A stretch of 50,522 nucleotides of DNA, taken from assembly GCA_009103225.1 (NCBI GenBank), contig RHPI01003762.1:216956-267477 (forward strand). Direction: 5' to 3'. Position 1 is the stretch's first letter. Every line of letters begins with the position of its first letter. Below are positions 23,311 to 38,945 of this stretch, piece by piece. The stretch is from Chlorokybus atmophyticus (lineage: Eukaryota > Plantae > Mesostigma and Chlorokybus algae). The position numbers and the translations under genes were made by a program. The notes under the pieces were generated by a model that saw only the letters and a list, made by a program, of their open reading frames with translations, was not told where the DNA came from and did no database searches.

Positions 23311-25855
23311 ACATGTGGGCCATCTCAGGGCCTTAAAGCCGGTGTGAAATCAAGTGATGGTCACTCCACCATCAACAGCAGCTGCAGTCAACCGCACTTC
23401 CTTGTAATGTGTGGTTGGGGCGGCGGCTGTGTTGCTGCTACAACTTATGTCGCGCAGACAACCCCGCCCCCCTTAGCCAGCCCTGTAGATACTTGTGTAA
23501 GACTTAGACTTGTTGACTTGACAGTGGGTTTCTTGCATCTGTGCATGTATTTGTGCCCCTATGCATGCTGCATGTGCGTGCTAGTTTTTTTCCCATATGT
23601 GTCTTTGATGGTGTAGGTGTGAGTGCAAGCATGCGGCACAACCCATCACCCATCATTATACCGATTACATAAAGGATCATGCACAACGTAGCTATCAATC
23701 GCTCGCAGCAAGAATAATGGACACACAAATAGGAACATTTGAACGGCCGGGGTGTAAAGCTTACAACCTCCAAACTTCACCTACTCAAATACAGCTACAT
23801 GCAAAATGTGCGTGCATGTACATACACATGCACTTGCGTGCAATAACGCAAATCTTTCGGCATGACTGACTAGGGACTGAGGGAATGACCCTGCCTGACC
23901 CTAACGGACCCTAACGACTTGGGCCATAAAGGGGGTGAGTGGACTGCCGATGCATATCATGGACAATTTGTAACGGCCGGCTGCTTGTCGTACTTAGTAC
24001 TGGTTTAATGTTTGCCGGTTATAACCTTTAAGCAAATTGTGATCACGGCCGACCACCGATTGTACAGGACCCGCGGCGGCAACTTACTTACAATAGCAAT
24101 TAGGTGACCTCTCGGGCCCGTAATGGCGACTAATGATACCCGTCAGTGCCTTTTCACCGGCGGCCGGCTACCGACCGTACAAAGCGCGCGGCGGCGACAT
24201 GCCTTTATTGGTAAGCAAGTCTCCGCTTAGTCTTACCTTAAGAACGAGCGATGGCGGCGGTGTGACTGTGACATATCAGTCCCAAACAGTTAAGTGGAAC
24301 ACTTACTGGACTTACGGTACCATAAGTCTACGAGGATACATGGCAAACTCGTACCATCTGATGCATCGAATGGTAGGAGTGTGCCATAGTACTTGTATCC
24401 TCACGGACCTATGTTCAATGGCGCTATTGAACCATGGTACGATATCGCCAATGAAGCCGTTGCGCTTTTGAAACGCTGCTGCCCAAGTAGCAGCGCTTCA
24501 AACGTACAACGGCTTGAAGCAAGTTGGGCAGGTGTGCGGCGGCGGCGATTATGGCACAATAGGTGAGACTGTTTGCATTTGTATACATGTGTGAGTGCCG
24601 TTGTGTTGAGCGCAATAGCGTAGCGTCACACTGCCTTTCTTGCCGAGCAGACCAGGCCGACCTGGCCAGGTCAGGCTAGGGGCGGCGGCGGCAATAATGG
24701 CATCGTAGGTGAATTGGTTTGTGTATGTGTGTGTGTATATAATGCCGTTGTGTTGCGTAGTAGCCTAACCGCTCTGCTTGCTGAGCAGGTCAGGCGGAGG
24801 TGCTAAAGCGGCAACAAGGCGGCGGAGGGGGAGGGGGAGCGGCGGCGCAGGACAAGGCGGCGGAGGGGCGGCGACTTAATTAAGGACTTCCTGTAAGGGC
24901 AGTGGAGGGTAGTTGTTACGTTGAGCATTTGCACTATGCCATGTAAGCAAAAGGCGCTTACATGTTAAGGTTTCCTTAGGACTTATAGTTATTCAAGCCC
25001 CCACCCAAGGGGCTATTGTAACCGTAGTGGAGTAGAAGAAGTAGTAGTAATAGTGGATTACAATATACTATAGCAACAGCATGTAATGTGTTATTACTTT
25101 ATGTTTCACAATTTTGAATGGCAATTTCGCTTGTGACATGCCGTCTCTCTCTCACAATATGAACAATATCTGTTAGTACCTTCGAAAGTGATGTCAGGTA
25201 GCATAACGTATTGTACAGGTACCTGACAGTTAAATCCCTTCGACGTAAAGTCGCCTGTGCCTAACTGTTGGGTACCTTCGGTTGGTTAGGTCAAGTCCCC
25301 TTTGCTTAACTAATGGGTACCTTACAGGTATCTACCAATTAGAGTCAGTCCCTTCATGCAGACGGCCGCCGACTCATGGTGACGGCCATTTATACACATG
25401 TCTTTATATCGAGATTACAGTTGGACTGAGCCACGACATTTGAAATGGGTATCTTCAGGTGCACGACAATTGCCAATATTTAATCGGTCGATAGGGGAAA
25501 CATTTTGCAACGAATTGACATTTAAAGTAAGCCCTTCAATTCAACGTAGTGACTGAGCATATCATTAATAGAGTAAAATAAGCTTCGTCTACACACGTAT
25601 AGGTTGCTTCCTTCCATACGAGTTGCTTACCGTCATGAAATATGTGTGTGTTTGCACATGCTATGGTGAATCCATATAAATGTAGGTGTATATGCATGTA
25701 AGAGTAATGATGTGCAAGGTTTGAAAGCTTTATACACTTATCAGTGTGTTGTATAGTAGACCAACATGCAAAGCATAGGAAGTGTGACAAAGCACACTTA
25801 AATTGCTATATAACGCCAGCCTTTGTCTTCAATGTCGTTGTGCTTTATTTAGCAT

Positions 25856-25877
25856 GGGTTAGGGTTAGGGTTAGGGT
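25856..25877 (+). repeat. Interstitial telomeric repeat GGG(TTAGGG)3T
   Basis: Direct read; same orientation as the terminal array. Confidence 0.9.
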
Positions 25878-26270
25878 CCTGGTGAGCCGGCACGCCCACA
25901 AAACCGTTCGACGGTGATACTCAACATCGTCGCGAAATGGCTGAGCAGGACGCGGCGCCCGAAATTGGGATCTCTAATCGCGTTTCCCACCTGACATAAT
26001 CTATATCACTAGATCGGGTCGCTTGTCAACTTGATGTCCCGACGCGGCATTGCCTTGCCGGCTTTTGCGTCCCGACGCGGACTTTCTCTCAATTTCTGAG
26101 TCCCGACCCGGGTTTCCCCCTTCTGTGTGAGCCGACTTACCAAATTCAAACCAACTCCGGCAACGGTAGCAACGCGCGGGTACACTTCCACAAAAGTGTA
26201 ACGCCTGCAACCGATCGCATCGGTTAACCCATGAAACCGCATTGGAAAGCCGATTGCGGTAGCGGCATGC

Positions 26271-26340
26271 GCTAGGTCGGAGCGGGTTGAACTCGCGACC
26301 ACTATGTTACAAACGCTACGCTCTACCTACGATACCTAGC
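26271..26340 (-). pseudogene. tRNA-like remnant (Thr-UGU-like) or SINE head
   Basis: Minus strand has a perfect 7-bp acceptor stem GCTAGGT/ACCTAGC, GGTAGAGCG (D arm / A box), loop TT-TGT-AA and GAGTTCAACCC (T arm / B box). D, anticodon and T stems are degenerate. Confidence 0.5.
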
Positions 26341-27405
26341 CAACTAGACTATAACCTAAAGAATTTGCCTGTATAAGAGGACAATTTGTTAATGCTAAAC
26401 GTGTTGCAACCGAACGCCGCCGGATATAACGGTGGGTAAAAGCGCGGTCCCGACCGGTGGTGCAGGCCAGAAAGTACTCGCGTAACCGGCGCGACACCGG
26501 CCGCCCGCTTGCCCGTCCCGGGGGCTCCAGGCGGCACACAAGAGCTCATAATCATAGTATTTACAACTTCCTGAAATGCATACGAGATAGAGGGCTAGGC
26601 TGTGGCTGCAGCTACTATGATAGCGGCTATCATGACATGCATGGTGGTAGCCGTCAGCTGCTCACGGTCGTGTCATCTATAACGACGCATAGGCTGTAGA
26701 TATATATTTATCCGTACAAATTGTATTGCAGGACCGGTAGGGGCCTACTGTGAGGGCTGCATCTTTCATTACCACTCTTACCAAATCTTACTCTTACTCT
26801 TACATCTTACTCTTACTCTTACCAGCGGTAAGTTACCACTGGTAAGAGTAGGGGGCTATATCAAGTTGACAAGCCGTGCTTTACGCATATTAATGATTGG
26901 CGGCATACCGCATGCTATTTCCTCGCAGTCAGCCACGCTTGAATCAATATGTTCACGTCGAACCTTGTTACCTGATGATGCAAGGTGTGCGTCCGAAGCC
27001 TTGGCAGCTTGTAACAAACCAGTCCGTTGTTACATTCAAACACACGCGCGCATGGTCGTGATCCGCACATGTAGGGTAAGTGATTGCAATCTCGGACTGA
27101 TTACTTTTCGACATCAAAGTCTGTGACTGATTGTGGTGGTGATCGGCGGTTGATTGGGGCACATAATAGCTTGTTGCATAGCAGCTAACCCCACAGACAA
27201 GACGCATCTACCGTATTCACCCGATCAGAGGCCCAGCCATTTTACCACAGGCCGCACCTGATGTGCAGTCGCTTCCGAAGCGCCTCCACGTACCCCATCA
27301 ACATTTATTCTTGTTACCTGTAAGTTAACAACTCAGTGTGTGTGTGCTTGTCAAGGCATAATGAGCTTAAACAGCGAGACAAGCAAGAGAGGCGGGGGGG
27401 GGGGG

Positions 27406-27615
27406 NNNNNNNNNNNNNNNNNNNNNNNNNNNNNNNNNNNNNNNNNNNNNNNNNNNNNNNNNNNNNNNNNNNNNNNNNNNNNNNNNNNNNNNNNNNNNNN
27501 NNNNNNNNNNNNNNNNNNNNNNNNNNNNNNNNNNNNNNNNNNNNNNNNNNNNNNNNNNNNNNNNNNNNNNNNNNNNNNNNNNNNNNNNNNNNNNNNNNNN
27601 NNNNNNNNNNNNNNN
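27406..27615. other. Assembly gap (210 N)
   Basis: Run of N. Confidence 0.99.
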
Positions 27616-28379
27616 GGCAGAGGTTAGGGGTTGCACTCCTTATTCTGCACGCATGCACACAAATGCGCCCGCCCCAGCACTCTTGCGTACACAAAAAGTT
27701 GCTGTCATTCAACTACACCGACCTGCATGCGTGGGATTGACAGCATGCTCGGGCTGAGACTCACGCATAGGCACATGCACATTTTTTCGCGTCTCTTCAC
27801 GGCTTGCATCACCCATCGGATCATGGCCATGCGTCAAGTCAACTGCAACGGTGTTGTTGGTATGCTCATCAATAATAATAACAATAGACAGCACCATTGG
27901 ACCCGTCAACAGTCATGCGAGTTGGCACGCGCACACACATACAAGATTGGAGTCATGTATACTGCACCTGCATTGCTGGAGATGACAACATGCTCGTGCC
28001 GTGCTGGGGCGCATGCCTCAGCATCTCTGGGCTGCTTGGATTGCCTTGCGAAGGCAAAGGAATGGGGACGTCATCATGCGTCAAGTCAACTGCAACACAT
28101 CATGTGTGTTGTGAGGCAATGACATACGCAATCAGCAGTGCTGCAGCAGGGTGGGGGGAGAAGAGAGACATAAATCGAGCAGGAGCTGGGCTCACCGGAG
28201 ACGCCACTGCTAGCCTTGCATGCTGCAAAGGTACCTTGGCCATTGTTACAACACTGGTGCTTCGTGGGCACTGAGGGGTGTGCTGCCAGCGACTCTGTCA
28301 AGACAATTGTAGTAGTTGCTGAGTTGAAGCAAGCACGTTGATGGTTGTTGTGGTGCTCCTACTGTGTCACCTTCTTATG

Positions 28380-29516
28380 TGGCTATGTCACCTATATGTA
28401 ATTGGATCGGTTCAAAGCAATGCTGAGCACTTTCTTTTAACACCTCTTCAATTAGAGTGTCAACAGCCCTGATGCCGGTGCCGCACACCATTGTGGTAGC
28501 TGCGTCCTCGTCGTCCACCACCAAGGACCCACGCATCTCTATGAGGATTGCTTTAACCCCGAATGCTTCGGTGGAGTGATGTGATACTGGCACCCACACA
28601 CAGCATACGGGACTTTCTCGCAATGCAACCTAGCTGCCAGCTCTTGTATGCGCTCAAGTATCCGCTGGTCATATACGCGGAAAGTCTTCACCTGCCAATT
28701 CTTGATAGCCGCATGGGTATTCCACCGGTGCAACAGATCTTCAACCAAGGATTCCACCGTTTCAATGTTGCTCGGTGCGTTCAATGAGCGCGGCGCGTGA
28801 GAGTTACCTCCCTCCAGCTGACTGGTACCACGCTTGGTGATGTACACCGGGTGTGCACCGCTGCCGATATTGATGTACATCTGTTCAAACGACTACGGGT
28901 CTGCCAGCAAAAGAAACAGGTATGTTGGACATGGAACGGGTGCAGCATGTGCTCAAACTGTGCAGCTTATACGGATGAAGTGAAAAGGTGCAGACATGTT
29001 GTGTGCGTGAAAGCGAAGGAGGCCCAGTGCTTGCTGCTCGTACAAGATTGCTTGAGTAGGAGGCGCCCAGGCAGGAGGCAAGGTTGTGCACATGCACGCG
29101 CGCTCGTTCACACATGCGTGCGCATGTGTGTGCAAGCTGCGCGTGCATGCGCAAGCTGGTGTCACGCTTTGCTGCATGCACAGCATGCATATGCGCCAAG
29201 TGCACAATGTAGTTCTCACTGCTGTCGCCCATACTTTACAAGCTTGATGGCGTTCTCATGCGCGGTCATTAACTCTGGCGAAAACAGTGGCACACCCGTG
29301 GAGACATCGACTGCAACTTGGAACCGCTCGTACACCGCCATGAGCCGTTGCTCGAGTTCATCGGCTGCAGGTATACCACGCTTGCATTGGCGACGCAGCT
29401 GTAACTCCAGGGCATCGGCAGACACGCCTTCTGCAGCCTTCGCTCTGATTTTGGCCTCGTCCCAAATGCTGCGCGTGCTGAACAAGGCACTCGTCCATGC
29501 AGCGATAAAGCTGCCT
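28380..29516 (-). pseudogene. Mutator-like (DUF6729-type) transposase, C-terminal fragment, copy 2
   Basis: GSFIAAW...RRQCKRGIPAADELEQRL...STGVPLFS...YINIGSGAHPVYITKRGTSQLEG (E at 28812-28814)...HRWNTHAAIKN. Confidence 0.65.
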
Positions 29517-29557
29517 GCATAGCCGTCAACATGTTGGGTCATGATATGCGTTTGCAT

Positions 29558-29769
<212 letters not shown>

Positions 29770-30268
29770 AGCTTGCTTGTCATTGTCGAAGCCCCTGGCA
29801 CGCACGGCACTTCTGTCGGCATCATCGCAACGGTTGGCGCTACAGCCGGCACGGTGAACGCCCCTCCCTGGCCTGTTGCACATGGATAGTACTATGCACA
29901 ATTTTGTCGTTGCGCATGCAAGCGCGATCGCTGGTGCAAAAAGGCATGCATGTGAGTGCGTACATGTGTGTGCGCACGCATACATAAAAATGCTCACCTG
30001 TTGCAGTGGTGAGCGAAGACAATTGTGCAGCTGCCGGCATCGCAGCCGTCGTTGGTGTGCTGCTGCTGTCTGTGTCGCAGGAGCTGTACAAGAGCGTGAG
30101 TTGTACAAATGTAGTGACTTGACACGCGTATCAGTAGCACGCAAGTGTGTCAATCACATGCAACCTATGCATGCGTGCACATACGCATCAAGTACGGTTG
30201 CACGTCGAGGCACACAAACGAGCTTACTTGCACGGTCCGAATTCAGCTCCTGCTGCTCCGACAACAGC

Positions 30269-33066
<2,798 letters not shown>

Positions 33067-33139
33067 ACATGCGGTCAGTCATCAGCTTGCGTGGTAAGCT
33101 GTTGCGCTGTGGCCATGGGCTTGTGCTGCAGGCTGCTGA

Positions 33140-33600
33140 TGGCCTGCACGATGCCACTTGCGCATGATGGTGACCAGTCGGACAGAACTGTCACTTGGGC
33201 ACGCGTGCATGCACAGCATCAAGCCACGCGCAGTCGCATTGCTGGCTAGTGCAATGGCTGAAGTCGTAGTGAAACAGAACTGAACACACGGTTGCAATAC
33301 ATGCTACTCAACAGTGCCACATGCGCATGATGATGACCAGCTGAGGATGGTCGCTTAGGCACACGTGCACAACAACAAGCCATGCGCAATTGGATTGCTG
33401 GCTAGCGCAATTGGATTGCTGGCTAGTGCAATTGCTGAAATCGCAGTGAAACTGAACATAACACACGCTTGCAATGCACGCTACTCAACTGTGCCACTTG
33501 CGCATGATAGTGACCAGCTGGAGGACTGTTGCTCGGGCACGCGTGCATGCACAACAACAAGCCACGCGCAGTCGCATTGCTGGCTAATGTAATCGCTGAA
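33140..33600. repeat. Tandem repeat, unit about 163-177 bp, about 2.7 copies
   Basis: GCCAC(T/A)TGCGCATGAT..TGACCAG at 33153, 33316 and 33493; a 20-bp internal tandem duplication at about 33385-33430. Confidence 0.85.
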
Positions 33601-35820
33601 GTCGAGTAGCAGTCGTCGACACTACATACACACATGGTCTCAAAGCACGCTACTACTCACATTATTAGCATCGAGACGCACCGGCATCAACAGTATCACA
33701 AGTGCCGCGTGCAATACAGCATTTCGCAGCAAACAAAGCATTCATTCAATTGTTTGCATGCTCGGCAACAACGACGCAAGAGGCAGCATGCAGCGACCAA
33801 ATCTCACTTGAAACCGGGGAGGCTAGCCAGCACAACAACACGCAAGTCGCGAATGCTCAGCAGCAGCCGTGCTCGCATGATGCAGCCAACAAGCCGACTG
33901 CAACAACGGCACGGCGAATAAATATCAATAATGAGCACAATGTGCACGATGCACATGCCGGCATATTGTTGCATGTGGCCCATATGATTTGAGATGTAAC
34001 ACACTTATCTAAGGTGGCAAAACAATATCTCTGATGTGTTGCAATATGAAGCACATATGTTGCGATATGAATACATATGCTGCAATATGGTGCAATATGA
34101 TGCAATATGGTGCAAATTGGTTAGCCTGCAGTTAAGTGTTTCAAAACTTATTTCTAATGTAAGGTTTACGCCACGGTACTTGCTGCGATATTCAGTAAGT
34201 AATGCCTAGGTTATAACCATCAAAATAATGCTAACCTAAATTACCTTAACGTTAAGATTCAACTAAACGAAAAATTGCATTGTTAGGCCACCATTTGGTC
34301 ACGCATGAATTGATCAAATGGGATCGCAACAGTGACAACAGTAAGTTGCTGAAAAAGGCAGCGAAATGGCCAGTCATTGCAGAGATGCGTAAAAGATGCT
34401 GAAAATGAATTCAGCGGCAACTGCTGACCAACGGCGACCCAAAGTTGCTAAGGATTCGGTGCAATTGCAGCACAGTTAGTGGTTAAAACAGCCGCGTTTT
34501 TGGCGGTACGAGGCCGGGGCAGGCCCCATACCCATAAAGACATGCCGCCACTACTCACCCTCGTTTTAACTAATCCACTCTACCATGTAACGCTAATTGA
34601 TTGCACGCTATAGTTACGGCGTCATAAACCATGGTCAACAGCCGATCTATGCATACCGTATTTACCCGTTCACAATGCCCCCCTTCCAACACAGTGCCCC
34701 CCTAAAATTTATGGGGTAAATTGTTAATTTGTTAACTACATTGCTACGCTAGAAGGCCTTCTGCTGGAAGCAGGAGGCGGTGTTGGCGGCGGCGCTGGTA
34801 GGCGCTAGTAGTAGTAGGTTGATGTAAGCAGTCATAGCAGCGTTGATAGCGGTGGCATGCAGGAGCATTAGCATGCGTTAGCTTGCATGCTAACGCTGCA
34901 ATCTTGTGTAAGTAATTGTGTTGATTGCTTTTTCACGGCTGCGTCCCTGCATGTATACGGTATGCTTGTCTACATGTGCACAACTACCTGTGTGAACTTG
35001 CGACGCCCACACAGCAGCATGTGCACACGTTCGCGCTTACGCATGCGTGCGCACACACACACGCAGGAGGAGCGTACAGCTTGAGGCGTTAACGTGTCCT
35101 AGGTAGGCAAGCGCATACGCGCAGTAGCACGCACGCACGCACGTGTCAGCCGTTGCCGGTAGTTACCCGCACATGCACGCGAATATGTATACAGGCACCG
35201 CAGGCTGCGCACAGTCTCACGCACGAATACGCTAATACATATCATGATATTAACAGCTCTATTGCTAATGCCAAAAGGCAAATAGGCACGCACGCAAGCA
35301 TGCATAACTAGAAATGAAAGTCACCCTCCCACAAGCAAGCACTCACCCACATATTTACACGCCACGCAAGCACAAGCACGGATACACTACCTGGAGCGTA
35401 CAATTTTTGAAAAGTTGTTGAGTCAACCACTAGTCGGTGCCAACAGGCATGCGCGCACGCACGCGCGCATCCTTACACACATGCAGGAGCGACCAGTATA
35501 CACACACACGCATATGCAAAGGCGCAGTCACCGGTGCCACTATATGTGCGCACGCACTCAAGTAAACAACCAGCCACTGGCACTGTGACAGGTGCGTATG
35601 CGTGCACACACGCATACATGAGCACTTGACGGCAGGCGATGACTGATAACGCTGGTTACGCATTGGCACGCATGTTGATGTGCAGGAGCTGCGCATGGTT
35701 GTTGAGCGCATTGTCGGGCACGCGCACGCGCACACGCACGCGCACGCTGTGTGGGTTCGTGTGTGAATGTGGCGCTGAATAACACAGCTTGAACGATGAA
35801 GCCTAATACATGTCATGTTC

Positions 35821-36930
35821 CTATGCAGATTGGCTACTTTCGTCGCTTGTTCTTGCATAAGCAATCAACACGCAACACTTCTCGACCCATCCGCTGTGTG
35901 CAAGCCACACAAGGCTTGGGTCTTCCCTTTCGCCCTTGATGTTTTTTTTTTTTGTCTTTTTAACTTTTGCAGTCGTCGACTTGGGTGCCGCTGTGACTGT
36001 AGCCCCAAGCCTGGATGTTGCTGGCGCAGTTGTTGTGGTTGTGGTAGCTTCCGTGTACGGTGCTGCTGGTTGCTTCGGTGTAACACGGCGTGGCTCGTCA
36101 CGTGCAATCACGTCAGGGGGTCTCTCGGACTGAGTTGTGGCGTGCTGCAAGCGACGATAGTCAGATGAATCGATAGCCGCTTGTTGCCGTATCAAGTGCT
36201 TCTCATATTTCTGTAACTGAGCTCGAACTTTCGGCCTTAGCTCGCACGCTATGGCCGCTGCGCATTTCAGTTCAAGTGCAATGCGCACTTCCTGATTCCA
36301 CCGTCACGTCAATGCTTGTCACTTCGTGGCAGTGCCGGGCGTGTGCTCAGCATGCAACTTGAAGAACAACACGTGCTCAGCACCAGTCAGTACCGGTGTC
36401 GGCAATGCATAAAGGCACTTAACATGCGACATTTACTGTCTCTTGCTCAGCAAGCGCGACGACGAGAGTTGCACGCAAGGTGCAGCTCCAGTTGTTGTAC
36501 CCCCTAGAGAAGCGCACCTGATGTGCAGTCGCCTGCGAAGCGCCTCCACGTACCCCATCAACACTTTTATTATTGTTACCTGCAAGTTAACAACCCATAA
36601 ACACTGGGTTGTTAACTTGCACGCCGCCGTCGCGAGGGCCGACTGTCTGTGCACGCGTTCCGAGCCGCTCCCCGCCCTCGGGCCCCCGCTCTGGCAACGC
36701 CTGGCGACGGCGATGGCGGGCTCTGGGCGGGGATCAGGAGCGCCATCCGACTGCCGGGCGAGCGCTTCTGTGGTGAGTAGTAGCCTGCTCCGCTGCTTGC
36801 GCCCGCTTGTGCGACGGCCACAGCGTGCGTCTGCAGTTCTGAACTGCATGCCATGTGTGCTTGCTGTTGCTCTCGTTGCTGCATTCCGCGACCTCCCTCT
36901 GCAGGGCCGAATGATGTCAAACAGCAGCAT
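35821..36930 (-). pseudogene. Unidentified spliced gene remnant (Thr/Ala/Lys-rich), probably a transposon accessory gene
   Basis: ORF 35821-36288 and a small CAG/GT-bounded exon at about 36508-36571 that is duplicated at about 27256-27320. Confidence 0.3.
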
Positions 36931-38945
36931 CTACTCCCGGAAGCGCAGAAGTCCGTGCTCGCGGGTGCATGCGTGCTCCCAATCGTTGGCTAGTATGTCA
37001 GTATGCAAGTGCAGGTGCATTGATGCGGGCATACCGTTTTGAGTTCCAAAAAAGACCTGCTCCTCCGAATTACTTGTGTATATACAATTGCTGACCTACT
37101 CGACATGCAACACTCATTGCTGATGTCCTGTTGTGCAGGTCGCAACGCCTAGCCTTCGTGGCAAGCAATGCCCAAGCGCTAACCAATGCTAGCTTTTCTG
37201 CATTTTTAACTTCCCCCTTGTCATGTGGTTGAAGACTCGAGTCGCCTCACCTCTCCACCTCCTATGCATGTGGTTATTTGTGCACGCTAACAACTCTTGT
37301 GGCGTAGAGAGACCGGCTTTGAGCAATCATCATAAACAAATGTAGTGAGACGTGTACTTGTCAATGCAATGTAATGTAATGTAATGCTGTAATGTTGTTC
37401 AAGTTTTCCACATTGTACTGGCATATCCATGTGGATTATGACTTGAGAGCATGGAAACTCGTGTTACAAGCCATGCCACAACACTTTTAGAGCACACTCT
37501 GTCCGCTTTCTGTGAATGCAAAGCAACCATGGCTTCAACGGGTCATGGCATAACTTGCCCTGATATCATGATGCCATTTCCTCTCTATATCGTACGATTG
37601 GTAATGTCAGACTGCGCCACAAGCTCCCAACACACTTCTACACTCCCAACACACATCGATACATAATGTAACAGCATGCGCGCTAAATGGTAGCATGACA
37701 ACTGTCGGATCACAATCCCTTTTGCTTTTCAACAAGCAACAGTGGGACACCGTACACAAGAGGCGCCACGTGTAAAGTGCGGCAACCTGCACACGTCTCT
37801 GTATGTGTGGAGAGCTCTTGCCAGAAGTAGAGCTTCACTATCGGTCACCCATTGAAGCCATTGCTCGAGTACGGCTTTGCTGAAGCAATCTATCTCAGCA
37901 TCCGTGACATTCCAGGCTGCCAATGGCTATCGGGCAACCCGCGTATATGTACGTCAGCACAGGACCCGTGGGCTGAAACATCTCCTAAAACTTCAACTTG
38001 TTGCTGCGACCCATGTCAAAACAAGCTGCACAACGGCGTTGCGAAGGGTTGTTGCACATGCATACTGCGACCCTGCGTTATCAGGCAAAGCTCGAGAGCA
38101 GATGAACATAACCAAAACAACTATGACAACACGGACATGTACTTACCGCTAACACGACCGCAGTAGACCAAAATGTCATGCTGGAGATATGCATCGGTGC
38201 ATTCTACTATGCTCGGCTGCTCCCCAACTTTGCCATGCGACATGATCAGATCGGATTGGGAACACACTCAAACCATGGCTGCGCACATGTCAGGCACGAG
38301 TTCAACCACACGAATTCTGATACAAACCTGCCAGCCGGGCTACTTTGCAAAGTCACCTTCCAATGCTGCCTGCATGTCAGACACATCGTCACCAGGGTTC
38401 AACCACACGTGTCTTTGATTGACTGCACGTGGCGACCGTCCACTAGCATGCATGAAGCGCACGAGCTGTGCCAGATTTGCACCCAACAATGGCGTCCTGT
38501 AGACATCACACGTTTGCAGCGCAAGCATGCCTTCCAATGAGAACGCATGAAGCACAACATGGTTCTTAGTGACCTCAGGAGCATGCTGTAGCATGCAAGG
38601 CTCGATGCTTGTGTGCATGTGAGTGCAACACACCTGGAACTCCACAGCTTGAATGAGTACCACTGGGTGCCTGCTAGTTGGCATTGCGGATCATGAGCTG
38701 AGCTGAGTAGTCAACGGGTAGTGTTAGGGTTGGGCTGCAAGCTGTTCTACTTGCTGCAGTTGATTTTGGGTGGGTCGCTCTTGCGGCACACACATCCAAG
38801 TAGACGAGGCCAAACTCTAGTGCGCACAGGTCAGCTTTCAACAGCGTGTCAGCGTGTCGTCTGAGGCCTGTAGCAATCCGACCAACAGAGGGTCCACAGC
38901 GGCGTTGGCAAGAGGCTGCGAGTGCTTGGCGAGCTCCGCAGCATG

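Noticed and set aside
22367-23347. Overlapping long His/Thr/Ala/Arg/Cys ORFs in several frames
   Set aside because: Stop-free only because of CA-rich low complexity.
23860-25360. AGGGACTGA / TCAGTCCCT as TIRs of a MITE
   Set aside because: Only about 9 bp match, with no convincing TSD.
27620-27632. Single TTAGGG words (also about 38724 and 48115)
   Set aside because: Isolated hexamers are expected by chance.
34070-34120. (TGCAATATGG)-like tandem, and (TGTAA)n at about 37365-37395
   Set aside because: Short simple repeats without further structure.
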